A stretch of 42,529 nucleotides of DNA from Chrysochromulina tobinii. Taxonomy: Eukaryota. Position 1 is the stretch's first letter, and the number at the start of each line of letters is the position of its first letter. A program made the translations under genes and the position numbers. The notes beneath the pieces were generated by a model that saw only the letters and a program-made list of their open reading frames with translations, ran no database searches and had not been told where the DNA came from. This document shows, piece after piece, positions 31,485 through 42,529 of this stretch. The stretch spans positions 1 through 42,529 of the forward strand of contig JWZX01003335.1 in NCBI GenBank assembly GCA_001275005.1, read 5' to 3'.

Positions 31485-32610
31485 GCAAGTGGCCTTGCGG
31501 ACGAAGACTCCCAACCATGACGACGGCTTGGGCTTGTCCAACCCAGGCTGCGAGGCTGGAGGCAGACACCTTTTTGTCGGATTGATCACAGTGCTGGGAT
31601 TGATCGCGCCGTGCCTTCAATGTTACGAACGGTCCACATGGTGGTGAGCCGACGGCGTACACCACACCCGTACTTTTACATGGATAGCACCGTTGCGGCT
31701 GCTCACACAACGATAACGTGTGTGTGATTGTGTGAACCCGACAGCGACACGGCCATGTCAGAAATGTCAAATGAGAAATGACCGGATGTAATGTCTAAAT
31801 ATGTGACGAAAGGGCCGGGCCGGAGCGCGGACAGGCGATGGCGCGGCTCGTTTTCGTGAGTTTCTTTCTTTACCATCTCGATGGATCTGAACCTATACAC
31901 TTAACGTGAAGAACCTGTACACACACCGAGATACTACACAGATACACGGAGCGCTCCACGTTGTACACACATGTACCTCAGAACACGGTCAGTTGTCCGG
32001 TCAGAACTTTTAGTACCTGCTCTGAGAAAACCTCGAATGCCGTACACATAGAGTTCGACTGTTCGAGGTCACCCAACGATGGCTTCGGTGCGCCCGCCCG
32101 TCGGTGCACGGCCACGGTGGACAAGACGTTGGACCGTCTCGACGTCTCGAGCGACCCATGCTGACACTTTTCCCTGACGAGCGACGTCCTTTCTTCTCTC
32201 GGGGCGCGGCCCGCTCTGTTGCGTCTGACCTTCCTTCAGGGCGGTCAACGAACTTTTCCTAAACGGGTTAGACTATGCGCCCACCAGAGCGCGGTTTTCT
32301 CGCCCACCGGCCATCGCTTTTGGCGGCTCGCGGGTGTGTGCTCTCACGCGCGGCCGTCGCCGGCAATCCACCTGCTCTGCACCAACCCGCGCATCGAGAG
32401 GACCGTTCGCACCCCCTGGCGGCTGTATTTGTAGCTGCTGTGCACGCTCCGCCAGCCGTGGCGGCAGATGATGCCTCAGAGGCCGGCGCGGCCCTCCGCT
32501 GCCTCCGCTCACCTGCCGTGGCCTGCGGCAGCCTGCCTATGCGTGCTCATCGCCCACATTCGTCTCCCGCTCTTGCTACTTTCACAGCAGTCGTCGTCGC
32601 TGCTACCGCC

Positions 32611-35600
32611 ATGCCCAAGCCGGCGACGGATGGCTCTGGCTTCGTGGCTGAGCGCGATGCCGTCAAATTGGAAGGCGAGTCCGAGGCCTTTTTCAAAGGC
32701 CTTGTCAAGATGTGGGTCAAGATCGAAATCGAGGACCACCCGAACTGGTTCGACTGGCAGCTGCGTGTCTGGGATAAGATCCACACCAACCTGCCTGCCA
32801 TTGCCGGCCTGTACTTCGAGTACGCTAAGCGCGGCGGCTCGGCGGCGAAGAGCCCGACGGAGGGCTTCACAATGTCGCAGCGCGAGTGGGTGCAGTTTGT
32901 CAAGGACATGAAGCTTCCGATCCCGATCACGGAGATCAACGACGTGTTCCGGCGTGTCGATCGTGCCGACAAGGAGGAGCGTGAGAAGAACCCGAAAGCC
33001 AAGAACGACAAGCAGATGGTGCTCGCCGAGTTCCTTGAGGCGCTCACGCGCGCCGCTGTCAAGTGGATGAACGTGTCCAAGCAAGGCAAGCAGGACTACA
33101 AGGATGGGAAGACGGGCGAGTGGTTCGAGCGGCTGATCGACGAGTATGTGCTGCCGCTCGGCGAGCGCGACGTCATGAAGGAGTGGCGCGAGCATCTCGC
33201 CTCTGCCGAGATGGACGAGGTGCTCGCGCCCTTCAAGCCGAAGCTCCAGGAGAAATTCGCCGAGATCGTAGCTCGCACGCGCGCCTCGGGCGACCAGGGC
33301 AAGAAGGACTCTGCGCTAGAGGGCAAGAAGGGCGGCCCAGCCAAAGCGCAGACACAGAAGGGGAAGGCCTTTGAAGGCAAGGTACGCCGACGATGGAGGG
33401 TCGAACGCGCCGCTGCCGCCGCCGCCGCCGCAGCAGCAGCAGCAGCCGCCGCCGCCGCCGCCGCCCGCGCTCAAACGCACACACGCACGTGCGCACGCAC
33501 GCACGCACACCTACATTTACACATACTACCGTCATCCGACCGGCTACCCATCCGACCGCCTACGGCGGCTCCTCCCACAAACGTCCATGTGCCAGTCTCG
33601 TGGAGGCGATGGCAGTGGCAGCGGCTCGCCGCAGCCACAGCCGCTGCAGCGTTGAGACACTCGCGGCAGCGGCGATGACTGAGGCGGCGAGGTGATGGCT
33701 GAGGCGGCGAGGTGATGACGGTGGCGGCGAGGGGATCACGGAGGCGGCGAGGCGCCCCCAGTCCGCGTTCAATCGCAATGCCGGCGGTGTCAGGGTGCTC
33801 AACCCTGGCATGCACTGCCGTCGTGGCCGCTCCATCAGCTTCCGCTGCTTCCGTCCTTGCCACCGTTGCAGCAGCATTCGCGCTCTGGGTGGCTGCAGCC
33901 GCGGCCGCTACTGCCGCCGCCGCTGCCGCCGCTACTGCCGCCACACAGAGGCTACGCACAGGCTTCACACACATTCACAAGCACACCCCGCACGCGCGCT
34001 CGCGTCGCCCGCCGCGTCCGAGGCGTCACCTCCACGCTTGCCCCACGTTTCGCGAGCTCACGCCCCCTTCCCTGTTCCTTTTCCATTCTGACCCTCGCTC
34101 ACCCTCGCAGGCCAACGAGAAACAGAACAAGAAGGCGGCGGCAGAGGGGGCTGAGCTCGACGGTCCGGCAGCCGTGGTCAAGGACCTCGAGATGTGCAAG
34201 CTGCTGCTGGACATCAAGTGTGTCGTCGAGAACCCGGTCACGGGCGAGAGGCCCCTGATCTACATGATCGAGCTCTCGCGAATGGATGTGGAGCGCGGTT
34301 TCATCGAGTCACAGAACCGCGAGGAGGCGCTCGAGGCGATCGTCTCGGGCAACATGAGCAAGCTCGCGGACTCGAATGAACTCAACCTGGAAGAGTTCTA
34401 CAGGTGCATCGCCTTCTGCGGCCTCAACATGTTCCGCAACGTGAAGGAAATGCCGCCAACGGACCGCGTGCAGACGCTGCTTGAGATCTACGTGGGGGAT
34501 CCAGACAAGGCCACGCCAGCGGACCGAATCCGCGCGACCGTCAAGAAGGTGCTCTCAAAGGGGCTGGTGCGCTTCAACCCTTCGACGGACCTGAGCCCAG
34601 AGGAAGTGGGCGCCTCGAGCGTGAGCGAAGAGTTCATTGCGATCTGGAGCAAGATGATCCTCGACGATTGCCACGGCTGGCCGCTGTGGGAGAAGGAGCT
34701 GTTCCTGCTGCTCAGCTCCAAGTACGAGGATCTCTATTCCATCTTCACCTTTTACGCCAAGAGCGGCGGCGTGGGCACGAGCTCCACGAGCGGCTTCATG
34801 CTGCAGCAGCAAGAGCTCACGAACCTCGCGCTGGACTGCCAGTTGCCCACGCCCGACTTTGCCATGGCGCGCATTCAGCTGATCTGGAAGATGTCCGACC
34901 AGGGCGACAAGAAGCTCTCGGGCGACGCGGCCGTCGACCTGCGCCACGCGGCCACAGGCTCGGGCGACCGCGCTCTCGAGATCTTTGAGTTCTTCGAGGT
35001 GCTCGTTCGCCTCTCGCTGCAGCGCCAGAACCCGAAGCTCGGCTCGGTCGGGTTCGAGCACACCGTCGAGCAGCCGCTGCCCGGCTGCCTCGAGTACGTG
35101 CTCAATGAGCACATCATCAAGCTCGCCAAGAAGGACTCTCTCAAAGAGGTCCTGGACGCGCTCAAGGTGGACAAGGTGGCGCTCGCGCACTTCGAGACGC
35201 ACAAGAAGCGTCTGAAGAAGGCCTTCGAGGAGTTGGCCCTGAAGACGCGCGACGGCTCGCGCATGTTCGCGCAGGTGATGCTCACACCGCTCGTCATCGT
35301 CCAGGACTATGTCGACCGCAAGTGCACCAAGGATACGATGGTGACGCCCACGCCCGCAGTGACCGGCGACGACGTGCGGCCACGCCATTCGAACCTGTCG
35401 CAGCTCGACGTCAAGGGCGCGGTCACCACTGCGCAGGACAAGTCCGAGTCGACCGGCAACGCGGGCTCCAACTATGACGAGTGGTGCATGTGTCTCGGGC
35501 TGTGCGGCCACATCAAGTACGAGGAGATCTCGGAGATGAGCCTGGCGCAGCGCGTCGAGGGTATGATCCTCAACTACCTGGGCGAGAAGGATGAGCACGC

Positions 35601-38600
35601 GGTCATCAGCGACTGCCTCTACCCGCCGCTGCCGCGATACGACGTATCGAACGCCAAGCCCCTCATGGGTGAGGAGACGCTAGTCTTCAAGAACTTCGTC
35701 GCGTGCTGGAAAAAGTGCGACTTTACGCACGTGTACGGCTTCCCCATGTGGGAGGAGGAGGTCTTCAACACGTACCATGAGGTCTTCGAGCGATTGAGCT
35801 CCGTCTTTGACTATTACGCCAAGTCCGGGACTGCCGGCTCCTCCTCGGCGGGCACCGCGATGACGATGCAGCAGACGGAGCTGCAGAACCTCGCGCTCGA
35901 CGTCGGGCTCGCGTCAGCGCAGTTCTCGATGACGCGCGTCATCAACATCTTCAAACGCGCCGACCAGGTCGACGACACCTTCGTCGTGTCCAAGGCAGAC
36001 AAGCGCGTGGTCAAGGGCGAGACGGCCAAGCACGGCGACAATGGGCTTGAGCTGCACGAGTTCCTCGAGTGCGTCGTCATGCTCGCCTTCCAGCGCGCCA
36101 ACCCCAAATATGGAGAGGTCGGCTTCTCGGGCGACTCACTCAAGGTGGGGGTCGACGGCTCGAGCGTGCGCGAGACGAAGAGCAAAGGGAAGCCAGCCGA
36201 GCTGATCCCCGTGCCCAAGGCGCTGCATGAGCTGCTGCACAATGTGATCCTCAAGAAGGCCAAGACGGACGGGCTCGCCAAGGTGAAGAAGCAGCTGCTC
36301 GTCGACCCCGAGTGCGTGCGCGTCTACAAGGAGCGGCGTGCGGCCCTCGCCAAGGAGTTTAAGAAGCTCTCCGTGGACGGCGTCGAGGCGGGCACGGACG
36401 CGACCACGACGCTTGATAAGGTGATGAACGACTTCTTCGAGCGCCACGTGACCAAGGACATTCACGTGAAGCCGACGCCTGCCGTCACCGGCGACACGCC
36501 GCCTCCCGTGCACTCGAACCTTTCGTGGCTCGACTGCAAGGGCGCCTTCGTCACTGCGCAGGATAAGGACAGCAAGAACGCGGATAACACGACAGTTACC
36601 TTCGACGAGTTCCTCATTTGCCTCGGGCTGTGCGGCCACATCAAGTACGAGGAGCTGCTCGACATGTCGCTCGCCACGCGCCTCGACGGCGTCATTTGCA
36701 ATTACCTAATGGAGAAAGACGAGCATGCGGTCATCACCGAGTTCCTCTTCCCGCCCGTCGAGCGGTTTGTGCCGCCCGCGGGCATCGACCCTCTCTTCCT
36801 CGCCGTGTGGAAGAAGATGGATCTGTCGCATGTCTTTGGCTTCCCGACGTTTGAGCAGGGCGTCTTCGCGCTGCTGTACAAGTCGTTCGGTGAGCTCGCG
36901 TCGATCTTCACCTACTATGCCAAGAGCGGTACCGCCGGCTCGACGTCGGCGAATGCGCTGCTCACCATGCAGCAGACCGAGCTGCAGAACCTCGCGCTCG
37001 ACTGCCAGCTCTGCAATGAGCAGTTCTCGATGACGCGCGTCATCAACGTCTTTGAGCGCGCCGACCAGGTCGACGACACCTTCGTCGTGTCCAAGGCAGA
37101 CAAGCGCGTGGTCAAGGGCGAGACAGCCAAAGGCGGCGACAATGGGCTCGAGCTGCACGAGTTCTTCGAGTGCCTCGTGATGCTCGCGCTGCAGAAGGCC
37201 AACCCCAAGTTCGGCTCGGTGGGGCACAATACGTCGGTCGAGTTCCCGCTGCCCGGCTGCCTCGACACGCTGCTCAACAAGTCGATCCTCAAGCGCGCCA
37301 AGTCCGACAACCTCGCGAAGACGCTCAAGCGCATCAAAAAGGAGCCCGAGGTGCAGGCTGTCATTGCCCGGAACAAGCCCGAGCTTCATAAGATCTTCTT
37401 GTCCAAGTCGACGGCCGCGCACTCGAAGACGGCGAACCCGACGATGACCATGGAGACCTTTGTGGCACAGTGCGTCGAGCGGCGCGTCTGCAAGGACACG
37501 ATCGTCAAGCCCGAGCCCAACGTGTCGGGTGCCATCGTGCCCGACGTGCACTCCAACTTGTCGCAGCTCGACATCAAGGGTGCCTTCGTGACGGCGCAGG
37601 GCGAGGGCAAGGATAAGGACAAGATCGACGCCGACGAGTTCCTCAACATCCTCGCGCTGTGCGGCTCGATCAAGTACGAGGAGGTCGAGGGCATGACGCT
37701 CGAGCAGCAGGTGGCCGGTGTGTACGCCAACTTCCTCATGCTGAAGGATGAGGAGAAGGTGATCTCGGAGGTGCTCTACCCGCCCCTCGAGCGCCACGTA
37801 CCGCCCGCGGACACAGATCCGAGGATGCTCGAGGTGTGGAAGAAGATGGACCTGTCGCACATGTTTGGCTTCCCGATGTGGGAGAAGGTCGTCTTCGAGC
37901 TCACGCTCAGATCGTTCCCGGAGCTCGCCTCGATATTCGACTTCTATGCCAAGAGCGGGACCGCCGGCTCCTCCTCGGCGGGCAAGGCGTTGACCATGCA
38001 GTCGACCGAGCTCACCAACCTCGCACTCGATTGCGACTTCGCCACCAAGGACTTTCTGATGGCGCGCATCAACACCATCTTCATGCGCGCCGACCAGGTG
38101 GACGACACGTTCAAGGAGTCGGCGGCAGACCACCGCGTCATGGAAGGCGAGACGGCCAAAGGTGGCGACCGGGGGCTCGAGCTGCACGAGTTCCTCGAGT
38201 GCCTCGTCAACATCGCCTTCTCGCGCGCCAACCCCAAGTACGGCTCGGTCGGTTACAATGGCAAGGCTGAGATCGACGTGGGCACGGCGTACGCGATGCT
38301 GCTAGACAAGAACGTGCTCAAGATGGCTAAGAAGGACTCGCTGGCCGCGGTCAAGGCGCAGCTGTCCACCGACGCTCGCATCCTCGAGCTCTTCAAGGAG
38401 CGTCGCTCGCTCATCGCCAAGGAGTTCGAGAAGCTCGCGGCCAAGGGCCCGCGCAAGATCTTCGGCAAGAGCGTTGTCACCATGGAGCTGTTTTGCGATG
38501 ACATGATGGACCGCTCGGTGGCGGACGACAAGATGATCTCGCCCACCCCGGCGTTCACCGGCCAAATCCTCCCTCTGGAGCACGCGAACCTGTCGCAACT

Positions 38601-41600
38601 CGACTGTAAGGGCGCCTTCGTCACGTGCCAGGCCAATGTTGGCGCCGAAGGCAAGGAGGGCGCCGAGACGATCGACTTTGACGAGTTCCTCGTCTGCCTC
38701 GGGTTGTGCGGCCACATCAAGTACGAGGAGGTGCATCAAATGGACCTCTACGCGCGCGTCGCGGGCATCCTCGGCAACTACCTGCGTGAGACCGACGAGC
38801 AGTTCGTCATCTCCGAGGCAGTCGTGCCCAAGCCCGAGCGCTACGATCCGAAGTCGAGCGCCGCCCTCAAGAACCAGGAGCCTGAGGAGCACAAGCGCTG
38901 GCTCGCCACGTGGACGAAAATGGACCTGTCGCACGTGTTTGGCTTCCCGGCGTGGGAGAAGGAGGTCTTCCTTCTGCTCCAAGGCTCCTTTCCCGAGCTG
39001 GCGAGCATCTTCGCCTACTATGCCAGGTCGGGCTCGGCCGGCTCCGGCTCGGCCAAGAGCGCGGAGACGATGCAGCAGACGGAGCTCACCGATCTCGCGC
39101 TCGACTGCGACATCGCCTCCAAGGACTTTCCGATGGCGCGCGTCAACAACATCTTTGAGCGTGCCGACCAGGTGGACGACACGTTTAAGGTGTCTGCCTC
39201 CGATAAGCGCGTGGTGCTTGGCGAGACGGCCAAAGGCGGCGACAATGGGCTCGAGCTGCACGAGTTCCTCGAAGCGATCGTGATGCTCGCGTTCGCCAAG
39301 GCGAACCCGAAGTTTGGCACGGTCGGGAACAATGCGTCGGCCGAGTTCCCGCTGCCCGGCTGCCTCGAGACGCTGCTCAAGAAGCACCTGCTCACGAAGG
39401 CGAAGACGGACACGCTCGCCAAGGTGAAGAAGATGATCGAGAAGGACCCGGAGGTGCAGCTGGTGCTGCGTCCGCGCAAGGCGCAGCTCAAGGCATGCTT
39501 CGAGAAGTTGGCCAAGTCGGACTCGACGATGACGGTGGGCTCGACGCTGATGATGTCGATGGAGAAGTTCTGCGACGACCTGTTCGAGCGCAAGGTGACC
39601 AAGGACATCATGGTGGACCCGACGCCGATCGTCAAGGGCGTGCCTCTGCCGCGGCGCCACTCGAACCTGTCGTGGCTCGATGCCAAGGGGGCGTTCGCCG
39701 TATGCCAGACCTCGGGCGCTCTGGCCGGCGACGGCTCTTCACAGGACGGCTCTTCACAGACGATGACCTTCGACGAGTTCGTCGTGTGCCTCGGGCTGTG
39801 CGGCCACATCAAGTACGAGGAGATTACGGAGATGAGCCTGCCGCAGCGCGTGGACGGCATCATCGCCAACTACCTGGGCGAGAAGGACGAGCACGCGGTG
39901 ATCACGGAGGCGGTCGCGCCTCCCATGGAGCGCTTCACTCCGCTCAAGTCGGGAGCTGACCCCAAGTTTGTCGCCGTGTGGAGCAAGATGGACTTGGGCC
40001 ACGTGTTTGGCTTCCCGGCGTGGGAGAAGGAGGTCTTCATGCTGCTCATGGCAGCGCATCCCGAGCTGTCCAATATCTTCATCCATTATGCCAAGAGCGG
40101 CACTGCAGGCTCCGTGAGCGCCACCGCCGTGCTCACGATGCAGCAGACGGAGCTCGTCGACCTCGCGCTCGACTGCGGTCTCACCTCGTCCACGTTCTCG
40201 ATGGCGCGCGTCCAAAACATCTTTGAGCGCGCTGACCAGGTCGATGACACCTTCGTGGCGTCCAAGGCGAACAAGAATGTCATCCTCGGCGAGACGGCCA
40301 AGGGCGGCGACAATGGGCTCGAGCTGCACGAGTTCTATGAGTGCGTCGTCATGCTCGCTCTGGCGCGCGCGAATCCAAAGCTCGGCACTGTGGGGAACAA
40401 TACGATGGATGCGGTAACCGAGCCGCTGCCCGGCTGCCTCGACTCTTTGCTCCAGAAGAACCTGCTCAAGAATGCAAAGCGCGACAAGCTCTCCAAGGTT
40501 CGCAAAGCCGTGATGGAGCTGCCCGAGGTGCAGGCGGCGCTCAAAGCGGCGGCGCCCAAGCTGCGGCCGCACTTTGAGGCGGCGGCAATCAAGGACGCGA
40601 CGGTGATGAATACTGGCAACAAGGCGATTGTGATGGGCATGGACGCCTTCTGCCAGGACCTCGTCAGCCGGGGGCTGACCAAGGATCTCATCGTCAAGCC
40701 GACCCCGGCCGTCAAGGGCACGGTGCCACCCGACGTCAAGTCGAACCTCTCGTGGCTCGACTGCAAGGGTGCCTTTGTGACCGGCCAAAAGGCGGACGAG
40801 AAGGCCGCCGACAAGCTCACGCTCGGCTTCGACGAGTGGCTCACTATCCTCGCGCTCTGCGGCCATGTGAAGTACGAGGAGGTGCAGTGCATGAGCCTCT
40901 TGCAGCGCGTCGAGGCCATCATCGGCCAGTACCTAGGAGAGGTGGACGAGCACTATTCCATCACGGCCGCCATGTTCCCGCCCATTGAGCGCTTCGTACC
41001 CGCCGAGCGCACGGATCTGGTCGTGGGCGCGCGCAGCCTCTTGGGTACGTGGAAGGCCATGGACCTGTCGCACGTCTTTGGCTTCCCGACGTGGGAGAAG
41101 GAGGTGTTCACGCTCTTCGAGGGCAGCTTTGCCGAACTGAGCTCCATCTTCGACATGTATGCCAAGTCCGGGACCGCCGGCTCCTCCTCGGCGGGCACCG
41201 CGATGACGATGCAGCAGACGGAGCTGCAGAACCTCGCGCTCGACTGCGGACTCTCTAATGAGCAGTTCTCGATGACGCGCGTCATCAACATCTTCAAGCG
41301 CGCCGATCAGGTCGATGACACCTTCGTGGCCTCAAAGGCGAACAAGAATGTCATCCTGGGACAGACGGCCAAGGGCGGCGACCGTGGCCTCCAGCTGCAC
41401 GAGTTCTTCGAGTGCCTCGTGATGCTCGCGCTGCAGAAGGCCAACCCCAAGTTCGGCTCGGTGGGGCACAATACGTCGGTCGAGTTCCCGCTGCCCGGCT
41501 GCCTCGCCGCTCTGCTGACCAACTCGCTGCTCAAGAATGCCAAGCGCGACAAGCTTGCGTTGGTCAAGGCAGCTCTCGGGACCGATGCCGGCGTCCTCAC

Positions 41601-42529
41601 GGCGATGCCGCAGATCAAGCAACGTCTCCAAAAGAGTTTCGAGACGATGGCAGCCAAGGGCGTGCGTAAGCTTTTCGGCAAGCCGGTTGTCTCCATGGAG
41701 CAGTTCAACACCGACCTGCAGGAACGTAGGGTGACCAAGGATGTGATGGTCGTCCCAACGCCCGCCGTCGTGGGCACCGTCATGAAGCCGGTGCACTCGA
41801 ACCTGTCGTGGCTCGATGCCAAGAGTGCGTTCATCACGTGCCAGGATGGGCAGCACGGGCAGGATGGCGCGGAGACGATCGACTTTGATGAGTTTGTCAT
41901 CGCCCTCGCGCTGTGCGGCTCGATCAAATTCGAAGAGGTCAAGGAGGCGACGCTCGCCCAAAAGGTGCTCGGCATCGTCGACATCTACCTCGGTGAGAGG
42001 GATGAGCACGCCGTCATCACCTCGGCTGTGGTGGTCCCAATGGAGCGCTACGATCCAAAGTCGAGCGTCGCCCTCAAGAGCCAGGATTCCCTCGAGCACA
42101 AGCGCTGGCTCACCACGTGGGCGCAGATGGACCTGTCGCGCGTGTTTGGCTTCCCGGTGTGGGAGAAGGAGGTCTTCCTTCTGCTCCAAGGCTCCTTTCC
42201 CGAGATGCTGTCCATCTTCGCGCGCTACGCCAAGGCAGGGAGTGCCGGCTCCACCTCGGCCAACGCCGCGCTCACGATGCAGCAGACGGAGCTCACCGAT
42301 CTCGCGCTCGACTGCGACATCGCCTCCAAGGACTTTCCGATGGCGCGCGTCAACAACATCTTTGAGAACGCCGACCAGGCGAACGAGGGTGGCGTGCTCA
42401 GGGGCGGCAACAATGCGCTCGAGCTGCACGAGTTCATGGTGGCGATCGTGATGCTCGCGTTCGCCAAGGCGAACCCGAAGTTTGGCACGGTCGGGAACAA
42501 TGCGTCGGCCGAGTTCCCGCTGCCCGGCT
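32611..42529 (+). CDS. Giant repeat protein B (>3060 aa, 3'-truncated by the window), paralogue of A; exons 32611-33381 and 34111->42529
   Basis: ATG at 32611 (MPKPATDGSGF...) aligns with A's AKPSDGRGF. Exon 2 (ANEKQNKK...KDLEMCKLLLD...ELSRMDVERGFIESQ) matches A's KDVEMAKLFID...ELSRVDGERAFIESQ. The frame stays open to the window end. W..M.L.H..GFP.WE-type motifs occur near 34645, 35707, 36808, 37837, 38911, 39979, 41050 and 42118. Confidence 0.9.
33409..33463. repeat. (GCC)n/(GCA)n trinucleotide run within the intron
   Basis: Direct reading. Confidence 0.9.
33681..33752. repeat. 20-bp-period minisatellite x~3.6 within the intron
   Basis: GAGGCGGCGAGGTGATGGCT / GAGGCGGCGAGGTGATGACG / GTGGCGGCGAGGGGATCACG / GAGGCGGCGAGG. 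Confidence 0.85.

Larger units (their letters stand above)
33382..34110 (+). other. Spliceosomal intron, 729 nt, phase 0
   Basis: AAG|GTACGC donor; CTGAC branch-like site near 34088; pyrimidine tract and CGCAG acceptor; low-complexity interior. Homology to A resumes after the acceptor. Confidence 0.88.

Noticed and set aside
33382..33678. Poly-Ala C-terminus of ORF 32275-33678
   Set aside because: Read-through into the intron; homology to A continues in exon 2 at 34111.
34555..42500. Repeating minus-strand ORFs and short off-frame plus-strand ORFs
   Set aside because: Shadows of gene B's open frame; their repetition mirrors B's units.
16573..42529. Giant genes as PKS/NRPS megasynthases or transposon/viral polyproteins
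   Set aside because: No KS, AT, ACP, condensation or adenylation motifs, and no RT, integrase, transposase or capsid motifs were seen.

Overview
GC-rich, gene-dense eukaryotic nuclear DNA with GT-AG spliceosomal introns and eIF3h. It is most likely from a haptophyte alga (inferred from composition, intron style and a bipartite-targeting-like N-terminus; not proven). The first 16 kb hold about 8 single-copy genes: two hypotheticals, eIF3h, a multi-pass matrixin-like zinc protease, a double hot-dog thioesterase, a protein of unknown function, a SpoU(TrmH)-Trm1 tRNA methyltransferase fusion whose intron contains a copy of its own spliced exon junction, and an F-box/LRR protein. The remaining 26 kb hold two giant head-to-head paralogues: A (minus strand, about 4720 aa, one ORF) and B (plus strand, over 3060 aa, one 729-nt intron, runs off the window, and its main exon is absent from the ORF track). 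Both are tandem arrays of a ~350-aa unit made of two p25alpha/EF-hand-like halves and arranged in a three-unit super-repeat. A also carries an N-terminal alpha/beta-hydrolase domain. This pair is the best candidate for an undescribed system, possibly a titin/nebulin-like Ca2+- or microtubule-binding cytoskeletal giant. All domain calls come from reading motifs by eye; no searches were run.
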